NCBI GenBank assembly: GCA_965203295.1
Contig: CBDBCZ010000013.1
Coordinates: 160,001 to 224,000, forward strand
Direction of reading: 5' to 3'
DNA: 64,000 nt
Source: Nitrospirales bacterium
Lineage (GTDB): Bacteria > Nitrospirota > Nitrospiria > Nitrospirales > UBA8639
Below the pieces are notes generated by a model that saw nothing but the letters and a program-made list of their open reading frames with translations, was not told where the DNA came from and ran no database searches. Shown here one piece after another: positions 1-15,000 of this stretch (positions within the stretch are counted from its first letter, which is position 1; each line of letters starts with the position of its first letter). The translations under genes were made by a program, and so were the position numbers.

Positions 1-3000
1 ACATCACCGACGGAATTTCCGGTGAATGTCGCCATCCTATTATCAATGTCTACCGGATCATTACACAATGCTGCAGGGTAAGATTCATGGGATCAATGGG
101 ATCAATGCCATGATACAGCCTATAAGTTTTTGTTTGCATGAAGTGGTGAGTATGGATATGAACTTAGAAATTGTAAACCACAGATTCTTCACTACTGATT
201 ATGTGTAAACTTATGTATAAAATTATTGCACTGATAGCCAGAACACTTGCTTCGACAAAAAACTCACGCCTGCAAGATGGTGGGGCAGGTTGAAATTCTG
301 CACTGTCCATATCCACTAGTGTACATGTTGCAGTTTCAATTCCGATCAGTTCAAAGCCCACATTACAGGTGTAAGTAACCACATCACCGATGGAATTTCT
401 GGTGAATGTCGCCATCCCATTGTCAATGTCAACAGGATTATCACACAATGCTGCAGGGTAAGATTCATATGCTATGATACTATCTACAAGCATTTGTTTG
501 TATGAAGTAGTGAACGCGGAAATGAGCTTTGAATTTGTAAACCACAGATTCTTCCTTATACTGATACATGATTTTATGATACTTAATGCAATAACATCCA
601 GAACACATGCTACAACAAACAACCTGAAAAAGGTAGGTAGGTGTTCACACTCAATATATTGCATAATTAAATGTACTCACGCCTGCAAAATGGTGGTACA
701 GGTTGAAATTCTGCAATGTCCATATCCACTATTGCACATGTTGCAGTTCCATTTCCAATCAGTTCAAAGCCAACATTACAGGTGTATTGAACCACATCAC
801 CAATGGAATTTCCGTTGAATGTCACCATCCCGTTGTCAATGTTAACCGGATCATCACACAAAGCTGCAGAGAAAGATTCATGAGAAAAATTAATCTACAA
901 ACATTTTTTTGCATGAAGTGGTGAGTATAGATATGAGCTTAGAATTTAACCACAGATATGTCCATACTGAATCTATGTGTAAAAGCTACTGCAGTGATAG
1001 CCAGAACGCATGCTACCACATACAAACAAACTGACTAGTAAGCATTTACTCTTAATGCATTTACTATTCCATACACTCACGTATGCAGGATGGTGGTGCA
1101 GGTTGAAATTCTGCTCTGTCTGTATCCACTAGAGTACATGTCGTGGTTGCATTTCCGATTAGTTCAAAGCCCAAATCGCAAGTGTAAGTAGCCACACCAC
1201 CGATGACAGTGCCATTGAAAGTGACCATGCCATTGTCAATGTCAACCGGTTCACCACATGATTCTGGCACTGCAGAACAAGATTCATTGAATTGTAACTA
1301 GACAGAAGCTTTCACAATTATTGCGCAGGAGATGATTAATCTATAAATGATGTATATGGGCTAGTAAATGGACTAGTGACTCCATGATACCAAGCACAAC
1401 ATTCTACTAAGATTGACGAATGAAATCTAAAATGGCCTGTAGTTATTCTAGGATATTTTGTATGCTCACGTCTGCAAAATGGTGGTGCTGGTTGAAATTC
1501 TGCTCTGCTCAAATTCAATAGTGTACATATCGTGGTTGCGTTTCCGATCAGCTCAAAGCCCAAATCACAAGTGTAAGTAGCCACATCACCAACGGAATTT
1601 CCAGTGAATGTCGCCATGCCGTTGTCAATGTCAACTGGATTATCACACAATGCTGCAGAGTAAGATTCAATACCATGATGCAGCCTACTTGCATTTGTTT
1701 GCATGAAGTGGTGAGTGCGGATATCAGCTTAGAATTTGTAAACCATAGATTCTTCCTTACTGATATATGTATGAAACCTATTGCACTGATAGCAAGAGCA
1801 CATGCTACAACAAGCAATTGAAGTAGCTGTTTACGCTAAATATACCAAGTACTCACGCCTGCAAGCTGGTGGTGCAGGTTGAAATTCTGCACTGTCCATA
1901 TCCACCAGTGCACATGTTGCAGTTCCATTGCCGATCAGCTCAAAGCCCAAATCACAAGTGTAAGTAGCCACATCACCAATGGAATTACCAGTGAATGTCA
2001 CCATGCCGTTGTCAATGTTAGCTGGATCATCACACTGAGCTGTAGAGGAAGATTCATATGAATAATGCTGCCTACCTGTGATTGTATGCAGGAGCTGTTT
2101 GGTCTGGAAATATATAGTAGTATAGCAGAAATTCATCCCATTCACACACTCACATAATATACATACTATTTATAGCATGTTGTGTGGGAGTAGAAGGGAC
2201 TGACAGTGTAATGTTTTTCATACTGAGTAGCCTCCTGTGCAATATATATTTAATATACATTACCATGGCAACCATTTTTTCCCTTGCAGGGATCATTGCT
2301 ATACCGATGTATATTAAATGTCAGTTTGGTTGTCCTCAGCTTCGCCTCAAACTTCGACACTTTGCATGTGGCACTTTTATTACGGAATTTAAATTACATG
2401 TTCGATTGACAGTATAATAGGATGCTAGAAACTAATATTATGTATGCTTTATTGTACCTGGTAAAGCTTATAGTACTTCAATCACATGTGCTGTAGTTTC
2501 AGAAAGCTTTATAAAGCCTTCTAGAGCGGTAAAAGGCTTGCTACAGTAGGGGGTTGATACTTTAAGGTTACAGGATACTGGCCCACTTTGATTTAAAAAG
2601 TAGTGAATGAACAATGAATGTCTTTGCAACTATAGACCCCATAGCCAAGATCTTTTCAGCATTCATTCACGGCTACTACTACTACGTAGCAGTGTACTCA
2701 ATACAGAAAACTTGTCTGTGAGCCCCTCCCTTGTTTAGGTAGCGCTAATGGAAGTTTCAGCTGCTCACTATAATTTTTCTTGCCATAAATCGCTGAAGCC
2801 ACTGCTGTTGCTAGGCCACTACAGCTCTCTAAGAATTCCTCCCTATATTCACGAGGGACAGACGAAGGCTGTTTACCTGATTTGATTCACTAAAAGCTTC
2901 AGCATTATTTTTAGAAGACATGAAGATCACAAGCTCTATGTCTCTATCTCAAGAACATGCAATGTGTGAACATCGGGCTTGCATTGCTGTACTGCTAAGT

Positions 3001-6000
3001 ACTACACTTTTTACCAGCCGGAGCGCACACAGCGCACGAAAGGCTGGTCCTAAGATTGTTTTCGTTTTCCGCGTTTGTCTGTTTGTGCGTTCGCACTTAT
3101 CACGTGCGCAATATGTTACGACATACGTTACTATGCAACTGCAGTCTATAGCAGCTTTGGAGGTTTGCAGGCCAAGCTACAGCAAACGAAGGTAGTTGTG
3201 AGTTGCATAGATGGCGAAAACTTGGTAGGCAGCCATAAAGATCCCGTTTTTGTGGCATAAAGCTACTAACTAGAAGCGCACGACAAAACAGCTGAGTCAG
3301 CACTTTCGCTGTACTGCATTGTCTCCACAGGATGCCTATGATTTGTAGGTCTGGGAACGTGACTATACTGTAGTAGTTTTACAGCTGCAGTTAGCTTAGC
3401 CTAAACTGAGTTGTGTGCAACTTATTGTAATGTACGGGAAAGGTGCCTGGCTGTTTTTTTAGACATGAAATGTCAGACTTGTTAACATTATCCTGAGTCC
3501 TAATGTTGGAGAGAATTATGGGGTTTGTACACTCAAAATTACAAATTACACTGTCCGATTATAAAAAGGGTGACACGGCTCTACATTCAGCAGCACCCCC
3601 CAATGCTCAAAGCAGCTATGATTGTGAAAGGTTGGCGTGCAGCAGCAAGGTAGTGGGGCTTTCAAATAATGAAGGAAGTTCAACGAAAGTTGGTTATTGG
3701 TTGAAACGTAAAAAGTAAGCCTACAATACATTGTAACGGAATCCTACCATGCATAGAGGTATTCTCATTTCAGGCATAAGTTCATATTGAATTGAGAAAG
3801 TATATTTGGGACATAGCAAAGTGTGGAGGTGTCCTTATACTTCAGTTGTGTCCCTTAAGGTGGTGTCCCACCCAAAGATTTTTGGGATGTTCATTTAAAA
3901 CCATAGGGGTATGAAGCTAAAAATACAATACATTTGTTCAATCATAGCGTCCTCATGTCTGAGTTTTAGCTTCTGGAAGGCTATAGCTTCAAAACCAAGT
4001 AATGGAGGAACACTAACTCAAAGTGCAAAGACTCTGTACTATCAATTGAAGGCCCATCCATGTTTGGTAATTTATGCACTCGGCGTTAGCGCATTCGAAT
4101 ATACCTGGTGTTTAATAATCAGTTACTTACTCTACTTTCATCAATGATGGAGCTGGCATACACTAGCTTACGTTTGACAAAGCTTGTAACAAAAGCACAG
4201 ATGCTTCACAATCACCAACGTTATTTAATTCAAGTATTTTATCAGCGAGTTTGGTAGTTGAAACCTCAGAGATTCAATCCTTACACTAAGTGTATGCACA
4301 TAAATGCACCAACTACTATAAATAGTACATGCCGCAAAATAGCATGTGTTCATTCAAGTGAGTTTATAGTTTTTAGTGTAACTCACGCCTGCAAGATGGT
4401 GGTGCTGGTTGGAACTCAGCACTGTCCATGTCCACTAGAGTACATGTTGTCACAGCACTTCCTATCAGCTCAAACCCCGAATTACAGGTGTAAGCAGCCA
4501 CGTCACCAACAGAGTTGCCATTGAATGTTACCACGCCATTGTCAATGTCAACCGGATCCTGACACAGTGCTGCAGAGAAATATTCACGCGCCTACACACT
4601 TGCATTTATGTGCAGTAGCTGATTGGTCTAGGAATGTGTTTAGCACTACTGAACATCACATCTCTCACCAAATACATTGGTGACTGTTACAAAGCCCACA
4701 CTACTTTGTTTGACACATGCAACGGAAAATAGTATGTAGCCATTATAGGGAGTATTCATTATTCATTGAACTTACGTCTGCAAGTTGGTGGTACTGGTTG
4801 AAATTGGGCACTGTTCATATCCACTAGGGTACATGTTGAGGTTGCATTTCCTATCAGCTCAAACCCCGAATTACAGGTGTAAACAGCCATGTCACCAACA
4901 GAGTTGCCATTGAATGTCACCATGCCATTTTCGATGTCAGGCGGCTCCTGACACAGTGCTGCAGGGTAAAATTCACGTGAATCACGCTTAGAATGAACCT
5001 ACGTACCTGCATTTATGTGCAGGAGCTGATTGGTCTAAGAACGTGCTTAACACTACTGAACATCACATCTTTTACCAAATACATTGGTGACTGTTTAAAC
5101 ATAGCACATACTACTATGTTTGACACATGAAACAATAAATAATACGTAGGCACTTATTAAGGGAGTATTTATTATTCACTGAACTCACGTCTGCAAGTTG
5201 GTGGTACTGGTTGAAATTGGGCACTGTCCATATCCACTAGTATACATGTCGCGGTTGAATCTCCGATTAGTTCAAAACCTGAATCACACGTATAAGTAGC
5301 TACGTCACCAACGGAGATTCCATTGAATGACACCGTGCCATTGTCAATGTTAACTGGGTTTTCACATAGTGCTGTAGAGTAAGATTCATGTGAATAATGA
5401 CAAGATGGTACATACCATGCAATAGTGTGCAGGAGCTGTTGAGTCTGGGAGCGAGATTAGTAGTTGAATCTTCAGAGACTCAACCCTTACACATAATTGT
5501 ATGTACATAAATGCACTAATGACTCTTTAGTACAAAACCTATTCTACTTCAATTAGAACATGCCGCAAAAGTAGCCTGTGTCAATTCTAGTGAGTCTATA
5601 GTTTTTCACTAAACTCACGTCTGCAAGTTGGTGGTACTGGTTGAAATAGGGCACTGTCCATATTCATTAGTGTACATGTTGTCGTTGCATTTCCTATCAG
5701 CTCAAACCCCGAATTACAGGTGTAAGCTGCCATATCACCAACAGAGTTGCCATTGAATGTTACCATGCCATTGTCAATGTCAACCGGATCCTGACACAGT
5801 GCTGCAGCGAAATATTCATGTGAAACAAACTTAGAATGAACCTATGTACCTGTAGAAACCATAGATAGTAGTCTACTATCTATGCAGAAACTGTTTGGTA
5901 TGGGAACAAGCTTAGTACTTCTAAAAATAAAATGTCACATCTCATACAAAACACAAATGCATTAATGATTGTTTAATACAAAGCTCATTTTACTATGTTT

Positions 6001-9000
6001 GACACATGCAACTTGAAATAGTATGTAATCATGTTAGGGAGTATTTATTATTCACTGAACTCACGTCTGCAAGTTGGCGGTACTGGTTGAAATTTGGCAC
6101 TGTTTATATCCACTAGGGTACATGTTGAGGTTGCATTTCCTATCAGCTCAAACCCCGAATTACAGGTGTAAGCAGCCATGTCACCAACAGAGTTGCCATT
6201 GAATGTCACCATGCCATTTTCAATGTCAACCGGATCCTGACACAGTGCTGCAGGGTACAATTCATGTGAATCACGCTTAGAATGAATCTACGTACCTGCG
6301 TTTATGTGAAGGAGCTTATTGGGCTGGGAGTGATCTTAGCACTTCTAAACGTAAAATCCCTTACCAAACACGAAAGCATTGGTGAGTGTTTAATACATAG
6401 CACATACCACTGTTTGACACATGCAATAGTAAATAGTATGTAGTCACTTAAGGGAGTATTTATTATTCACTGAACTCACGTCTGCAAGTTGGTGGTACTG
6501 GTTGAAATTGAGCACTGTCAATATCCACTAGTGTACATGTCGTGGTTGAATCTCCAAATAGTTCAAAGCCTGAATCACAGGTATAAGTAGCTATGTCACC
6601 AACGGAGATGCCATTGAATGTCACCGTGCCATTGTCGATGTTAACTGGATTTTCACATAGTGCTGCGGAGCAAGATTCATGCGAATAATGACAAGATGGA
6701 ACCTACTGGCTATAGTGTGCATGAGCTGTTTAGTCTGGGAGCGAGTCTAGTAGTCGAAGCCTCAGAGATTCAACCCTTGCACATAAATGCATGTACATAA
6801 ATGCACTAATGACTCTTTTGTACAAAACCTATTCTACTACAATTAGAACATGCCACGAAAGTAGAATTTAAGTGAGTTTATAGTTATTTAGTGAACTCAC
6901 GCCTGCAAGATGGTGGTGCTGGCTGAAACTCGGCACTGTCCATATCAACTAGAGTACATGTTGCAGTTGCATTTTCTATCAGCTCAAACCCCGAATTACA
7001 GGTGTAAGCAGCCATGTCACCAACAGAGTTGCCATTGAATGTCACCATGCCATTGTCAATGTCAACCGGATCCTGACACAGTGCTGCAGAGCAGTATTCA
7101 TGCGAATCACGCTTAGAATGAACCTATACACCTGCCTCTATGTGTAGGAGCTGATTTTCTAAATGTCACATCTACTAAATACAAATGTATTGTTGACTGA
7201 TTAGTACAAAGCCCATACTACTATGTTTGATACATGCAACAGGAAAAAAAATGTAGTCATTTTAGGGAGTATTTATTATTTACAGAACTTACGTCTGCAA
7301 GTTGGTGGTACTGGTTGAAATTGGGCACTGTTCATATCCACTAGTGTACATGTTGCAGTTGCGTTTCCTATCAGCTCAAACCCCGAATTACAGGTGTAAG
7401 TAGCCATGTCACCAACAGAGTTGCCATTGAATGTCACCATGCCATTGTCAATGTCAACAGGATCTTGACACAGTACTGCAGAGAAATACTCTTGTGAATC
7501 AAGCTTGGAATGAACCTACACACTTGCATTTATGTGTAGGAGCTGATTGGTCTGGGAACATGCTTACATCTTCTAAATGTCATATCTACCAAAATTCGAA
7601 TGCATTGGTGACTGTTTAGTACAAAACCCATACTACTATGTTTGACACATGCAACAGGAAATAGTATTGAGTCATTTTAGGGAGTATTTATTATTCACTG
7701 AACTCACATCTGCAAATTGGTGGTACTGGTTGAAATTGGGCACTGTTCATATCCACTAGGGTACATGTTGAGGTTGCATTTCCCATCAGCTCAAACCCCG
7801 AATTACAGGTGTAAGCAGCCATGTCACCAACAGAGTTGCCATTGAATGTCACCATGCCATTGTCAATGTCAGCCGGATCCTGACACAGTGCTGCAGGGTA
7901 CAATTCATGTGAATCATGCTTAGAATGAATCTACGTACCTGCGTTTATGTGCGGGAGCTGATTGGTCTAGGAACATGCTTAGCACTACTGAATGTCACAT
8001 CTCACTCCAAAATGCATTGGTGACTGTTTAATACAAAACCCTCACTACTTTGTTTGACACATGCAACAGGAAATAGCATGTAGTCATTTTAAGGAGTATT
8101 TATTATTCACTGAACTCACGCCTGCAAGTTGGTGGCACTGGTTGAAATTGGGCACTGTTCATATCCACTAGTGTACATGTTGCAGTTGCGTTTCCTATCA
8201 GCTCAAACCCCGAATTACAGGTGTAAGTAGCCATGTCCCCAACAGAGTTGCCATTGAATGTCACCATGCCGTTGTCAATGTCAACCGGATCCTGACACAG
8301 TGCTGCAGAGCAGTATTCATGCGAATCACACTTAGAATGAACCTACACACCTGCATTTATGTGTAGGAGCTGATCTTCTAAATGTCACATCTACTAAATA
8401 CAAATGTATTATTGACAGATTAGTACGAAGCCCATACTACTATGTTTGACACATGCAACAGGAAAAAGAATGTAGTCATTTTAGGGAGTATTTATTATTT
8501 ACAGAACTCACGTCTGCAAGTTGGTGGTACTGGTTGAAATTGGGCACTGTTCATATCCACTAGTGTACATGTTGCAGTTGCGTTTCCTATCAGCTCAAAC
8601 CCCGAATTACAGGTGTAAGTAGCCATGTCACCAACAGAGTTGCCATTGAATGTCACCATGCCATTGTCAATGTCAACAGGATCTTGACACAGTACTGCAG
8701 AGAAATACTCTTGTGAATCAAGCTTGGAATGAACCTACACACTTGCATTATGTGTAGGAGCTGATTGGTCTGGGAACATGCTTACATCTTCTAAATGTCA
8801 TATCTACCAAAATCCGAATGCATTGGTGACTGTTTAGTACAAAACCCATACTACTATGTTTGACACAAGCAACAGGAAATAGTATTGAGTCATTTTAGGG
8901 AGTATTTATTATTCACTGAACTCACATCTGCAAATTGGTGGTACTGGTTGAAATTGGGCACTGTTCATATCCACTAGGGTACATGTTGAGGTTGCATTTC

Positions 9001-12000
9001 CCATCAGCTCAAACCCCGAATTACAGGTGTAAGCTGCCATGTCACCAACAGAGTTGCCATTGAATGTCACCATGCCATTGTCAATGTCAGCCGGATCCTG
9101 ACACAGTGCTGCAGAGAAATACTTTTGTGAATATAGTTTAGAATAAACCTACGTACTGCGTTTATGTGCAGGAGGTGATTGGTCTGGGAACATGCTGAGC
9201 ACTTCTAAATTTCACCTCTATTACCGAATACGAATGCATCGGTGACTGTTTAATTAATACAAATCCCATACTACTATGTTTGACACATGCAACAGGAAAA
9301 AGAATGTAGTCATTTTAAGGAGTATTTATTATTCACTGAACTCACGCCTGCAAGTTGGTGGCACTGGTTGAAATTGGGCACTGTTCATATCCACAAGGGT
9401 ACATGTTGAGGTTGCATTTCCTATCAGCTCAAACCCCGGATTACAGGTGTAAGCAGCCATGTCCCCAACAGAGTTGCCATTGAATGTCACCATGCCGTTG
9501 TCAATGTCAACCGGATCCTGACACAGTGCTGCAGAGCAGTATTCATGCGAATCACGCTTAGAATGAACCTACACACCTGCATTTATGTGTAGGAGCTGTT
9601 CTTCTAAATGTCACATCTACTAAATACAAATGTATTGTTGACAGATTAGTACAAAGCCCATACTACTATGTTTGACACATGCAACAGGAAAAAGAATGTA
9701 GTCATTTTAGGGAGTATTTATTATTTACAGAACTCACGTCTGCAAGTTGGTGGTACTGGTTGAAATTGGGCACTGTTCATATCCACTAGTGTACATGTTG
9801 CAGTTGCGTTTCCTATCAGCTCAAACCCCGAATTACAGGTGTAAGTAGCCATGTCACCAACAGAGTTGCTATTGAATGTCACCATGCCATTGTCAATGTC
9901 AACAGGATCTTGACACAGTACTGCAGAGAAATACTCCTGTGAATTAAGCTTGGAATGAACCTGAACACTTGCATTTATGTGTAGGAGCTGATTGGTTTGG
10001 GAACATGCTTAGATCTTCTAAATGTCACATCTACCAAAATCCGAATGCATTGGTGACTGTTTAGTACAAAACCCATACTACTATGTTTGACACATGCAAC
10101 AGGAAATAGTATGTAGTCATTTTAGGGAGTATTTATTATTCGCTGAACTCACGTCTGCAAGTTGGTGGTACTGGTTGAAATTGGGCACTGTCCATATCCA
10201 CTAGGGTACATGTTGAGGTTGCATTTCCTATTAGCTCAAACCCCGAATTACAGGTGTAAGTAGCCATGTCACCAACAGAGTTGCCATTGAATGTCACCAT
10301 GCCATTGTCAATGTCAACCGGATCCTGACACAGTGCTGCAGAGCAATATTAAAGCTTAGAATGAACCTTCATACCTGCATTTATGTGTAGGGGCTGATTG
10401 GTCTGGGAACATGCTTAGCACTTCTGAATGCCACATCTTTCACCAAATGCATTGGTGATGTTTTGTACAAAGCACATACAATTATGTTTGTCACATGCGA
10501 CAGAAAATAGTATACTTATAGTCATTTTAGGGAGCATTTATTATTCACTAAACTCACGTCTGCAAGATGGTGGTACTGGTTGAAATTGGGCACTGTCCAT
10601 ATCCACTAGTGTACATGTTGTGGTTGCATTTCCTATCAGCTCAAACCCCGAATTACAGGTGTAAGCTGTCATGTCACCAACAGAGTTGCCATTAAATGTC
10701 ACCATGCCATTGTCAATGTCAACCGGATCTTGACACAGAGCTGCAGAGAAATACTTTTGTGAATATAGTTTAGAATAAACCTATAAACCTGCGTTTATGT
10801 GCAGAAGGTGATTGGTCTGGGAACATGCTGAGCACTTCTAAATGTCACCTCTATTACCGAATACGAATGCATCGGTGACTGTTTAATTAATACAAATCCC
10901 ATACTACTATGTTTGACACAAGCAACAGGAAAAAGAATGCAGTCATTTTAAGGAGTATTTATTATTCACTGAACTCACGCCTGCAAGTTGGTGGCACTGG
11001 TTGAAATTGGACACTGTTCATATCCACAAGGGTACATGTTGAGGTTGCATTTCCTATCAGCTCAAACCCCGAATTACAGGTGTAAGCAGCCATGTCACCA
11101 ACAGAGTTGCCATTGAATGTCACCATGCCATTGTCAATGTCAACGGGATCTTGACACAATACTGCAGAGAAATACTCTTGTGAATTAAGCTTGGAATGAA
11201 CCTACACACTTGCATTTATGTGTAGGAGCTGATTGGTTTGGGAACATGCTTAGATCTTCTAAATGTCACATCTACCAAAAACTGAATGCATTGGTGACTG
11301 TTACAAAACCCATACTACTATGTTTGACACATGTAACAGGAAATAGCATGTAGCTATTTTCGGGAGTATTTGTAATTTACTGAACTCACGTCTGCAAGTT
11401 GGTGGCACTGGTTGAAATTGGGCACTGTTCATATCCACTAGGGTACATGTTGAGGTTGCATTTCCTATTAGCTCAAACCCCGAATTACAGGTGTAAGCTG
11501 CCATGTCACCAACAGAGTTGCCATTGAATGTCACCAAGCCATTGTCAATGTCAGCCGGATCCTGACACAGTGCTGCAGGGTACAATTCATGTGAATCATG
11601 CTTAGAATGAATCTACGTACCTGCGTTTATGTGCGGGAGCTGATTGGTCTAGGAACGTGTTTAGTACTACTGAATGTCACATCTCTCTCCAAATGCATTG
11701 GTGACTGTTTAATACAAAACCTACACTACTTTGTTTGACACATGCAACAGAAAATAGCATGTAGCTTTTTTCGGGAGTATTTATTATTTACTGAACTCAC
11801 GTCTGCAAGTTGGTGGTACTGGTTGAAATTGGGCACTATCCATATCCACTAGTGTACATGTTGTGGTTGCATTTCCTATCAGCTCAAACCCCGAATTACA
11901 GGTGTAAGCTGCCATGTCACCAACAGAGTTGCCATTGAATGTCACCATGCCATTGTCAATGTCAACCGGATCTTGACACAGAGCTGCAGAGAAATACTTT

Positions 12001-15000
12001 TGTGAAAATAGTTTAGAATAAACCTATAAACCTGCGTTTATGTGCAGAAGGTGATTGGTCTGGGAACATGCTGAGCAATTCTAAATGTCACCTCTCTTAC
12101 CAAATACGAATGCATCGGTGACTGTTTAATTAATACAAAGCCCATACTACTATGTTTGACACATGCAACAGGAAAAAGAATGCAGTCATTTTGAGGAGTA
12201 TTTATTATTCACTGAACTCACGCCTGCAAGTTGGTGGCACTGGTTGAAATTGGGCACTGTTCATATCCACAAGGGTACATGTTGAGGTTGCATTTCCTAT
12301 CAGCTCAAACCCCGAATTACAGGTGTAAGCAGCCATGTCACCAACAGAGTTGCCATTGAATGTCACCATGCCATTGTCAATGTCAACCGGATCTTGACAC
12401 AATACTGCAGAGAAATACTCTTGTGAATTAAGCGTGGAATGAACCTACACACTTGCATTTATGTGTAGGAGCTGATTGGTCTGGGAACATGCTTAGATCT
12501 TCTAAATGTCACATCTACCAAAAACTGAATGCATTGGTGACTGTTACAAAACCCATACTACTATGTTTGACACATGCAACAGGAAATAGCATGTAGCTAT
12601 TTTCGGGAGTATTTGTAATTTACTGAACTCACGTCTGCAAGTTGGTGGCACTGGTTGAAATTGGGCACTGTTCATATCCACTAGGGTACATGTTGAGGTT
12701 GCATTTCCTATTAGCTCAAACCCCGAATTACAGGTGTAAGCTGCCATGTCACCAACAGAGTTGCCATTGAATGTCACCATGCCATTGTCAATGTCAGCCG
12801 GATCCTGACACAGTGCTGCAGGGTACAATTCATGTGAATCATGCTTAGAATGAATCTACGTACCTGCGTTTATGTGCGGGAGCTGATTGGTCTAGGAACG
12901 TGTTTAGTACTACTGAATGTCACATCTCACTCCAAATGCATTGGTGACTGTTTAATACAAAACCTACACTACTTTGTTTGACACATGCAACAGAAAATAG
13001 CATGTAGCTTTTTTCGGGAGTATTTATTATTTACTGAACTCACGTCTGCAAGTTGGTGGTACTGGTTGAAATTGGGCACTGTTCATATCCACTAGGGTAC
13101 ATGTTGAGGTTGCGTTTCCTATCAGCTCAAACCCCGAATTACAGGTGTAAGCAGCCATGTCACCAACAGAGTTGCCATTGAATGTCACCATGCCATTGTC
13201 AATGTTAATCGGACCCTGACACAGTGCTGCAGAGCAATCAAGCTTAAAATGAACCTACGTACCTGCATTAATGTGCAGGAGCTGATTGGTCTGATTGGTC
13301 TGGGATCATGCTTAGCACTTCACATCTCCAAAATTACTACGAATGCATTTGTGACTGGTTAATATAAAGCCCATACTACGTACTATGTTAGAAACATGCA
13401 ACTGATACTAGTATTTAGTCATTTTAGGGAGTATCTATTATTCACTGAACTCACGCCTGCAAGTTGGTGGTGCTGGTTGGAACTCAGCACTGTCCATATC
13501 CACTAGGGTACATGTTGAGGTTGTATTTCCTATCAGCTCAAACCCCGAATTACAGGTGTAAGCAGCAGTGTCACCAACAGAGTTGCCGTTGAATGTCACC
13601 ATGCCATTGCTGATGTTAACCATATCACACAGTGCTGCAGAGCAATATTTATGTCCATAATGCCAAAATAGAGCACATCTGCACTCGTGTGCAGCAGCTG
13701 ATTGGTTTGTTTAGTAGTAGTATTCATTTCATACCCATAAATACTTAAAGTACAAACACAAGCTAGTAGGAATAGCATTGTATCAGCCCCCCCTCCACAA
13801 ATAGTGTGACTGGTATCCACTGTTTGTGCATGCAGCATTGACTACTGCATTACACTTTGGATGCTAATGACGTCATGTTTGGTTTTATTACATCAACATT
13901 TTTGTGTTAAGAATTTTAAATTGAAGGCAGCACCCGCAGTAAGTTTTGTCGTATTGCCAGATAGACATGTGTTCAGTATTAAAAGTTGATCCAGTTTCCC
14001 ACTTCAAAATCTAAAAGGCCACATCTGAGATTGAAAATCAACCAACTTACAGTTTACAGCTGGGAGAAAAGAAGTTCCAAATAAATATACAAGGAGAGCT
14101 ACAATTATTCTAGCACACAGTAAAATAACCAGTTGTCTTACCACATGACTTGCAATTTCTATTGCAGGAAGTCTATTGTTTAACATTCAGCGTACTATTT
14201 CTTAAGCTCCCTATATCTTGAATGCTGTCTTCTTATTACTCCTAGCCATTTGGCTAAAAGAGTTCGCAAATGCATTTTTACTGCTCCTGCATGTTCCGTA
14301 CATTTACGCAACCATCTCATGCATGAATGAGTAGTGGATACCAGAGTCTTATTTATTAAAGGTTGCACGGCCTCAATACGTACAAAGCTGCAGGTGTAAA
14401 TGACATATGCAACGAAAAATGGGCACGTAGCAATTCCAGGAAATTTATAGTCATACTTTTCATTATATATAACTCACGTCTGCAAGATGGTGGTGCCGGT
14501 TGAAATTCTGCACTGTCCATATCTACTAGAGTACACAACGTGATTGCATTTCCGATCACTTCAAAGCCTGAATCACAAGTATAGGTAGCCATGGCCCCAA
14601 CAGAGTTGCTATTGTGGGTCACCATGCCATTGTTAATGGCAACCGGATCATCACACAGTGCTATAGTACAGAGCAATATTATGTGAATAATGTCATGATG
14701 CAACCTATGTACCTGCACTTGAGTGTGCACAGATAAATATGCTTTTCAGTAGATTTATTATGGTGATGACACATACAACCAAAAATGACGTGTAGTTCAT
14801 TTAGCAGTTAGTACTCACGCCTGCAAGATGGTGGTGTCGGTTGAAAATCTGCACTGTTCATATTTACTAGTGTACATGTTGTCGTTGCATTTCCAATCAG
14901 CTCAAAGCCTGAATCACAAGTGTAAGTGGCCATGGCCCCAACAGAGTTGTCATTGAATGTCACCATGCCATTGTCGATTGTAACTGGATCTTCACATAGC

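Noticed and set aside
2900..4130. ORFs in the long sushi intron
   Set aside because: The region looks like inserted repeat sequence, but I could not define ends, TSD or protein motifs.
4387..13634. CRISPR-like repeat/spacer appearance
   Set aside because: Repeats are 183-nt coding exons with splice sites, the intervening sequences are homologous introns, and there are no cas genes.
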